NCBI GenBank assembly: GCA_027001995.1
Contig: JALTLO010000111.1
Coordinates: forward strand, 38,082-49,852
Length of the DNA stretch: 11,771 nucleotides
Origin: Planctomycetota bacterium
GTDB taxonomy: Bacteria > Planctomycetota > GCA-002687715 > DRQF01
Reading direction: 5' to 3'
The notes below the pieces were generated by a model, which saw nothing but the letters and a program-made list of their open reading frames with translations, ran no database searches and had not been told where the DNA came from. Made by a program: the position numbers and the translations under genes. This document shows positions 7,692 through 11,771 of the stretch, piece after piece; positions within the stretch are counted from its first letter, which is position 1, and each line of letters opens with the position of its first letter.

Positions 7692-8893
7692 CGCGCATTC
7701 TCGCGGAACATTGACTCTCCTGGTCCCAAATCAGTGAAGGCGCCGTCCGCAAGAAGCTCTTCGACCTCCTCGACCAAACGCTGGGCCCCCTTCATTACCA
7801 TCGAAGGAACCGCCTTGGCCTTGGGGTCAATGCAATCGTCGATGAATTCTTGGAATGTCCCGTCGGAGAGTTCACTCAAACGACACCACGAGAAGCCGCA
7901 AACTTTGCTCAAGCGCTGGGCCCGAAGCAACTGCTCAACACGAGGGACTTCCCGTGGGACAAGGAGGGCTCTACGATCCGAAGACATAATCTCTGCAACT
8001 GTGTTGTACCCTGCCATGCCAATAACTCCTCTGGCAGCAGCCACACGGTGAGCAATTTGCGGATCGAAGCGAATAAGCTGAACATCGTGGCCATCCAAGT
8101 CGTCCACTTGCGCCCGGATGGTCTCGAATCGTCTTTCAGACAAGAACGGACCGGTAACGATATCGACCGCCACATCACCTGCCGAACGCCGGGAGAGAAA
8201 ACCAATGAATGAACGCAAGAGCGCATGCCCATCGCCCCCTCCCCCGGCGGTCACCAAAAAACGCCTACTTGCTTGGCATCGCGGGCTCTCTGGAGCCAAG
8301 TAGCCAAGATGCCGGACTTTCTGTTCGCCTTTGGTGTCGATCAGGGCCTCAAGTCCCATCTCGACGGCCGTGGTTGGAACCCAGGATTCCCCATACACGA
8401 ATACGCGATCGTAGTCGTCTTCAATGGCAGAGAACCCACCGGTTTTGCGCCAAGCCCTCTCGGTCAATTCGGCATCGTCAACGATGTCACGCATTCCCAA
8501 GACTAATTTCGGCTTTGGATCCGCTTCACGAATCGACTGCAACAAGGGAAACAACTCGCCCTCAACTCCAACCGGGGCATGATCGACAATGATAAGGTCT
8601 GGAGCAAAGTCGCGAAAAGTACTGCACAGCAAGTTAGCCCTTAACGCCACCACCTCTTCCAAGGACAAATCGAGATCACGAGCGGCATAGGTTCCATCGG
8701 TCTGCTTAAGAATGGAAGGCATCTTGAGTGTGTCGCAGTTTGGCGGCAACTCAAAGGCATGGGCGCGAGGCGATCCCGTGGCAATCAAGACCGAAGCACC
8801 CAAATGGGAAGTCGCCAATGCGCGGGCCATCACCAGGCTGCGCCTGAGGTGGCCCAACCCATATGTATCATGACTATAGATAAGAACGCGCAT
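7688..8893 (-). CDS. Predicted glycosyltransferase, COG4671 / GT28 C-terminal-like (GT-B), 401 aa
   Basis: MRVLIYSHDTYGLGHLRR, LGMRDIVD, VTAGGGGDG, VTGPFL, GMAGYNT, VPREVPRVEQLLRA. ATG at 8893 is preferred over the track's 8908 because GGAG lies 9 nt upstream. Confidence 0.88.
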   Translation of the reverse strand: MRVLIYSHDTYGLGHLRRSLVMARALATSHLGASVLIATGSPRAHAFELPPNCDTLKMPSILKQTDGTYAARDLDLSLEEVVALRANLLCSTFRDFAPDLIIVDHAPVGVEGELFPLLQSIREADPKPKLVLGMRDIVDDAELTERAWRKTGGFSAIEDDYDRVFVYGESWVPTTAVEMGLEALIDTKGEQKVRHLGYLAPESPRCQASRRFLVTAGGGGDGHALLRSFIGFLSRRSAGDVAVDIVTGPFLSERRFETIRAQVDDLDGHDVQLIRFDPQIAHRVAAARGVIGMAGYNTVAEIMSSDRRALLVPREVPRVEQLLRAQRLSKVCGFSWCRLSELSDGTFQEFIDDCIDPKAKAVPSMVMKGAQRLVEEVEELLADGAFTDLGPGESMFRENAR

Positions 8894-8902
8894 GAACCGT
8901 AT

Positions 8903-8906
8903 CTCC
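8903..8906 (-). promoter_or_regulatory. Shine-Dalgarno site for the 8893 start
   Basis: Minus strand reads TTGGAGATACGGTTCATG: GGAG with a 9 nt spacer. Confidence 0.65.
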
Positions 8907-8931
8907 AAGAAAACTTGCCAACAGGGTCGAT

Positions 8932-10662
8932 CTATTGGGGGAAGTAAACAAACTCATCCACATCGACTTCACTGTTGTCCATAGGATCCCGCAGGCGAAT
9001 CCTAAATTTGTGGGGTAGTCCCGATAAGGAGGCCGGGAAGGGAGGCAAAGGTACCGCAAGAAACTGAGCAAAGATAACTTGCCCAGCGGCGAGAACGGTG
9101 GGTGAGCCTGTCAGCAATGTGGTGATAGTCCCAAATGGACCTTCCACCTCCGCTTCCAAGAAAGTTCCCGTTGTAATCCCGTTCGGATTGTAAATCGCGA
9201 CGGTGATGAACAGTTGGGGAGACCCAGCAAGCACCACTTGCGGTTCAGGGAATGCCGGGTCATCGACATACACGAACATCGGCAACAATTGTAGGCTACC
9301 ATTGAAGGTCGTCGGCCCTGCCACCACAACGGAAGGATAGACGCGATCACGGGCCAGACTTCCCTTCCTCGTCTTCAGAGTGATATCGAAAGTTCCCGTA
9401 GGTACGATGATGGCATAGTCGCCATTAGCATCGGTCAGGTTGTCGCCAGTTTCGATAGGAAGCCCAGAAACAGAATCGTTCAGAAGTACAGCGCAGCGAA
9501 CTTGAGGGGCAACGGATGCAAAGGCCGTAATGCGCCCGGACAAAAGTTGTCCCAATTGCACCGTCACGTTGCCCAAGTTCGTCGAGGCCGCGAAGGATTG
9601 AACAGTTGTCGTCTTAGCCAAAAGTGAGCTGGCGAGAGTAGGCTGAAAAACGACCCGGTAGTTGCCTGCAGGAACAACAACCTCGAATGTCCCATCATAC
9701 TCCGTGGCATCTCCGGGGGTATAGACAATGGCGTCTCCTGCATCCGACCTGACATCCAAGTCAGCGTTCGCCACAGGAAAACCATTTCCATCCACCAAAG
9801 TGCCGCTGATGGAGATCCCGGCCTCCATGGCCACAAACCCCATATTGGTGGGGGCATTGTTGACGAAGACAATCTCCTGATAACCGACGTAGAGTTGTCC
9901 TGCTGACCTTTCGAATGACACGGTGTAGAAACCTGCGGGAACAATGACTGAAAAGACTCCCGCGGCATTGGTGTTGTCACCTGGAGTTTGAATACGAACA
10001 CCTGTGCTCAGATCGTCCACGTCGATATCAACCCCGGACAGAACCGCAGACGTGACGGAATCTCGTACAGTCCCCGACAGGATGAAACCCTGGGGTAGAA
10101 CGATCGTGCCGACAGACATGGAAGCAGTGACGTTCAGGGTTTGTATCTGGGCTACAAGAATCTGGCCAGCGGCTGGTTCAGCTCGCAGGCGCAGCAGGCG
10201 CGCCGGCACCCGCAATGAGAATGACCCGGTCACTGTCGTCTTGTCCCCAGGGGTGTTGAACTTGATCCCTGTAAGGTCATCAAAAACGTCCAAGTCGCCA
10301 TTCACAATAGGAGCGTTGCCAGTGTCGCGCACGATGCCAGAAAGCAGGACCCCAGCCTCTAAGGTCACGTTGCCCATCGAACTCGGCCCGTTCACCACGA
10401 AGCCTGCGACGATGCCCGGTGCCAAGAGCATTCCAGCAGGTGGAATAATCTGAAAACTGTAAGTACCGCTGACCAAGTTCAAGGTAAAGCCACCAACGGC
10501 ATTGGTGACAACCGAAGAACCTTCCCGATAAACCTCCACGGTCGCCCCTGGAATAGGCTGGCCCAGGGAATTCACCACAACTCCCGTAACCGTGTCGGCC
10601 CAAGCGACGTTGGTCAAAGCCAGCACCAGGACCACAAACAATATCTTACTTCGTATCCACAC
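8932..10662 (-). CDS. Secreted protein with five carboxypeptidase-regulatory-like (transthyretin/CnaB-type beta-sandwich) repeats and a C-terminal beta domain, 576 aa
   Basis: GTG at 10662 with AAGGAG 8 nt upstream. Sec signal peptide MWIRSKILFVVLVLALTNVAWA|D. About 90-aa repeats start TVTGVVVNSLGQPIPGATV, LLSGIVRD, ILSGTVRD, SISGTLVDGNGFPVANA and LLSGRIT, most with T-x-x-x-G-x-[FY] and P-[AT]-G-x-[YF]. Confidence 0.85.
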   Translation of the reverse strand: MWIRSKILFVVLVLALTNVAWADTVTGVVVNSLGQPIPGATVEVYREGSSVVTNAVGGFTLNLVSGTYSFQIIPPAGMLLAPGIVAGFVVNGPSSMGNVTLEAGVLLSGIVRDTGNAPIVNGDLDVFDDLTGIKFNTPGDKTTVTGSFSLRVPARLLRLRAEPAAGQILVAQIQTLNVTASMSVGTIVLPQGFILSGTVRDSVTSAVLSGVDIDVDDLSTGVRIQTPGDNTNAAGVFSVIVPAGFYTVSFERSAGQLYVGYQEIVFVNNAPTNMGFVAMEAGISISGTLVDGNGFPVANADLDVRSDAGDAIVYTPGDATEYDGTFEVVVPAGNYRVVFQPTLASSLLAKTTTVQSFAASTNLGNVTVQLGQLLSGRITAFASVAPQVRCAVLLNDSVSGLPIETGDNLTDANGDYAIIVPTGTFDITLKTRKGSLARDRVYPSVVVAGPTTFNGSLQLLPMFVYVDDPAFPEPQVVLAGSPQLFITVAIYNPNGITTGTFLEAEVEGPFGTITTLLTGSPTVLAAGQVIFAQFLAVPLPPFPASLSGLPHKFRIRLRDPMDNSEVDVDEFVYFPQ

Positions 10663-10670
10663 GACACAGT

Positions 10671-10676
10671 CTCCTT
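10671..10676 (-). promoter_or_regulatory. Shine-Dalgarno site AAGGAG for GTG 10662
   Basis: Minus strand reads TCAAGGAGACTGTGTCGTG, directly before a signal peptide. Confidence 0.8.
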
Positions 10677-10847
10677 GAATCACGTCCACTTTGGCATTCC
10701 CACGACACACTTGATGAGGAAGGCGTGCACATGTGGCCCCGGGTAGCTGGCTCATTCGGTGCTCGCCTTGAGTCATAGAAGGCAACGGCTCAATCGAACA
10801 AATGCGGTCAGAATTTCTTTCGGGAAAAAAATGACCCAATGGACCAT

Positions 10848-10863
10848 AGCAACCACTATGCCA
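10848..10863 (-). promoter_or_regulatory. Sigma-54 (RpoN) -24/-12 promoter
   Basis: Minus strand TGGCATAGTGGTTGCT against consensus TGGCAC-N5-TTGCW: exact GG-N10-GC spacing, one mismatch, pointing into the operon. Predicted TSS is about 10837. Confidence 0.75.
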
Positions 10864-10967
10864 CGAATGCCCAGTTGAAGAATCCCGATCGAAGAAAGAG
10901 AACAATTCCCTTGAGAGGCTTTGCTCCTGTGATGGTAGGAAGTTATGGCGATCAAGGCTTGGCTCCA

Positions 10968-10993
10968 TCCTGCAACTCGTAGAAGTTGCAGGA
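10968..10993. promoter_or_regulatory. Perfect inverted repeat; candidate activator binding site or hairpin
   Basis: TCCTGCAACT-cgtaga-AGTTGCAGGA, centred about 145 bp upstream of the predicted TSS, with no U-tract on either side. Confidence 0.4.
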
Positions 10994-11020
10994 GGGCTAG
11001 GCCCACGCCCACCCGGCGTC

Positions 11021-11037
11021 TGTACGGATTCCGAACA
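11021..11037. promoter_or_regulatory. TGT-N11-ACA palindrome; candidate enhancer-binding-protein UAS
   Basis: TGTACGGATTCCGAACA = TGT-a-CGGA-t-TCCG-a-ACA, about 190 bp upstream of the predicted TSS. Confidence 0.45.
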
Positions 11038-11102
11038 CCGTGCAGGATTGACACCATCACCATTTTTTTGCTTCCCCAAGCCTCTTGGCTTTGGGGGTTT
11101 CT

Positions 11103-11771
11103 CAAAATGACCACGAAGCGGCGGGGCACGACCAAGATGGAGGGGTATTTTAGGGGTCCTTGGTTCTTTTTGGATGGCCAAGAAGCGGCGGGACGCCACT
11201 GCTCCCAGTTTTTGGGCTTGTTGGATAGCCACGAAGCGGCAAGGCACGACCAAGAGGGAGGGGTATTTTAGGGTTCCTTGGTTCTTTTTGGATAGCCAAG
11301 AAGCGGCGGGACGCCACTGCTCCCAGTTTTTTTGGACTTGTTGGATAGCCACGAAGCGGCGCGGCACGACCAAGATGGAGGGGTATTTTAGGGTTCCTTG
11401 GTTCTTTTTGGATGGCCAAGAAGCGGCGGGACGCCACTGCTCCCAGTTTTTTTGGACTTGTTGGATGACCACGAAGCGGCGGGACACTTCCAAGATGGAG
11501 GGGTATTTTAGGGGTCCTTGGTTCTTGTTGGATAGCCACAAAGCGGCGGGACGCCACTGCTCCCAGTTTTTGGGCTTGTTGGATGGCGAAGAAGCGGCGG
11601 GACACGACCAAGATGGAGGGGTATTTTAGGGGTCCTTGGTTCTATTTGGATGGCCAAGAAGCGGCGGGACGCCACTGCTCCCAGTTTTTTTGGGCTTGTT
11701 GGATAGCCACAAAGCGGCGGGACACTTCCAAGATGGAGGGGTATTTTAGGGGTCCTTGGTTCTTTTTGGAT
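11103..11771. repeat. Tandem array of bipartite 118-120 bp units with REP-like hairpins (at least 5.5 units, continues past the edge)
   Basis: Units start at about 11103, 11221, 11341, 11461, 11579 and 11699. Periods are 118/120/120/118/120, the difference being T5 versus T7. Each unit holds two copies of a TTGGATRGCCAMGAAGCGGC-like core. AGCGGCGGGACGCCACTGCTCC is invariant at 11184, 11302, 11422, 11542 and 11660. Confidence 0.93.

Noticed and set aside
3747..10603. Antisense and off-frame ORFs inside the ABC, GT and repeat-protein genes
   Set aside because: They are fully overlapped by well-supported minus-strand genes and show no recognisable motifs.
11074..11100. Hairpin CCCCAAGCC-tctt-GGCTTTGGGG as an intrinsic terminator
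   Set aside because: Only GTTT follows on the plus strand and an A-run on the minus strand, and no gene ends nearby, so terminator function is unsupported. It does mark the left boundary of the repeat array.
10663..11541. N-terminal ~290-aa extension of the 869-aa ORF in the track
   Set aside because: It runs through the DNA repeat array and the promoter region and does not look like protein. A strong RBS, GTG and signal peptide at 10662 mark the likely true start. The frame staying open this long is somewhat surprising, but I have no evidence it is translated.
11150..11629. Repeat-encoded ORFs of 153 aa (-) and 151 aa (+)
   Set aside because: These are by-products of stop-poor 120-bp units. 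The 118-bp units shift the frame, so there is no sign of selection on a protein.
11103..11771. CRISPR array
   Set aside because: The sequences between the conserved cores are themselves repeated (two alternating types), not unique spacers, and no cas genes are in the window.

Overview
Bacterial (Gram-negative, roughly 50-55% GC by eye) window holding one compact minus-strand operon. Transcription order: a secreted protein with five carboxypeptidase-regulatory-like beta-sandwich repeats (10662-8932), a COG4671/GT28-C-like glycosyltransferase (8893-7688), two GT4 glycosyltransferases (7691-6489, 6492-5383), a fused TMD-NBD ABC exporter (5386-3647), and a very long ORF absent from the supplied track because it has no stop in the window (3650 to <1, at least 1216 codons). 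I checked that frame codon by codon and it is open. It encodes two tandem APH/choline-kinase-like phosphotransferase domains, an internal hydrophobic stretch ending in a lipobox-like LNAGC, DUF5666-like beta domains, and the start of an AlgE/alginate-export-like outer-membrane barrel. The last five genes are linked by four consecutive ATGA stop/start overlaps. Upstream are a near-consensus sigma-54 promoter (TGGCAT-N5-TTGCT), two candidate enhancer palindromes and a bipartite 118-120 bp tandem array with REP-like hairpins that runs off the right edge. The best candidate for an undescribed system is a sigma-54-controlled module that builds, phosphorylates and exports a glycan, with its cytoplasmic kinases and outer-membrane pore encoded in one reading frame. 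All family assignments come from motif recognition; no database searches were run.
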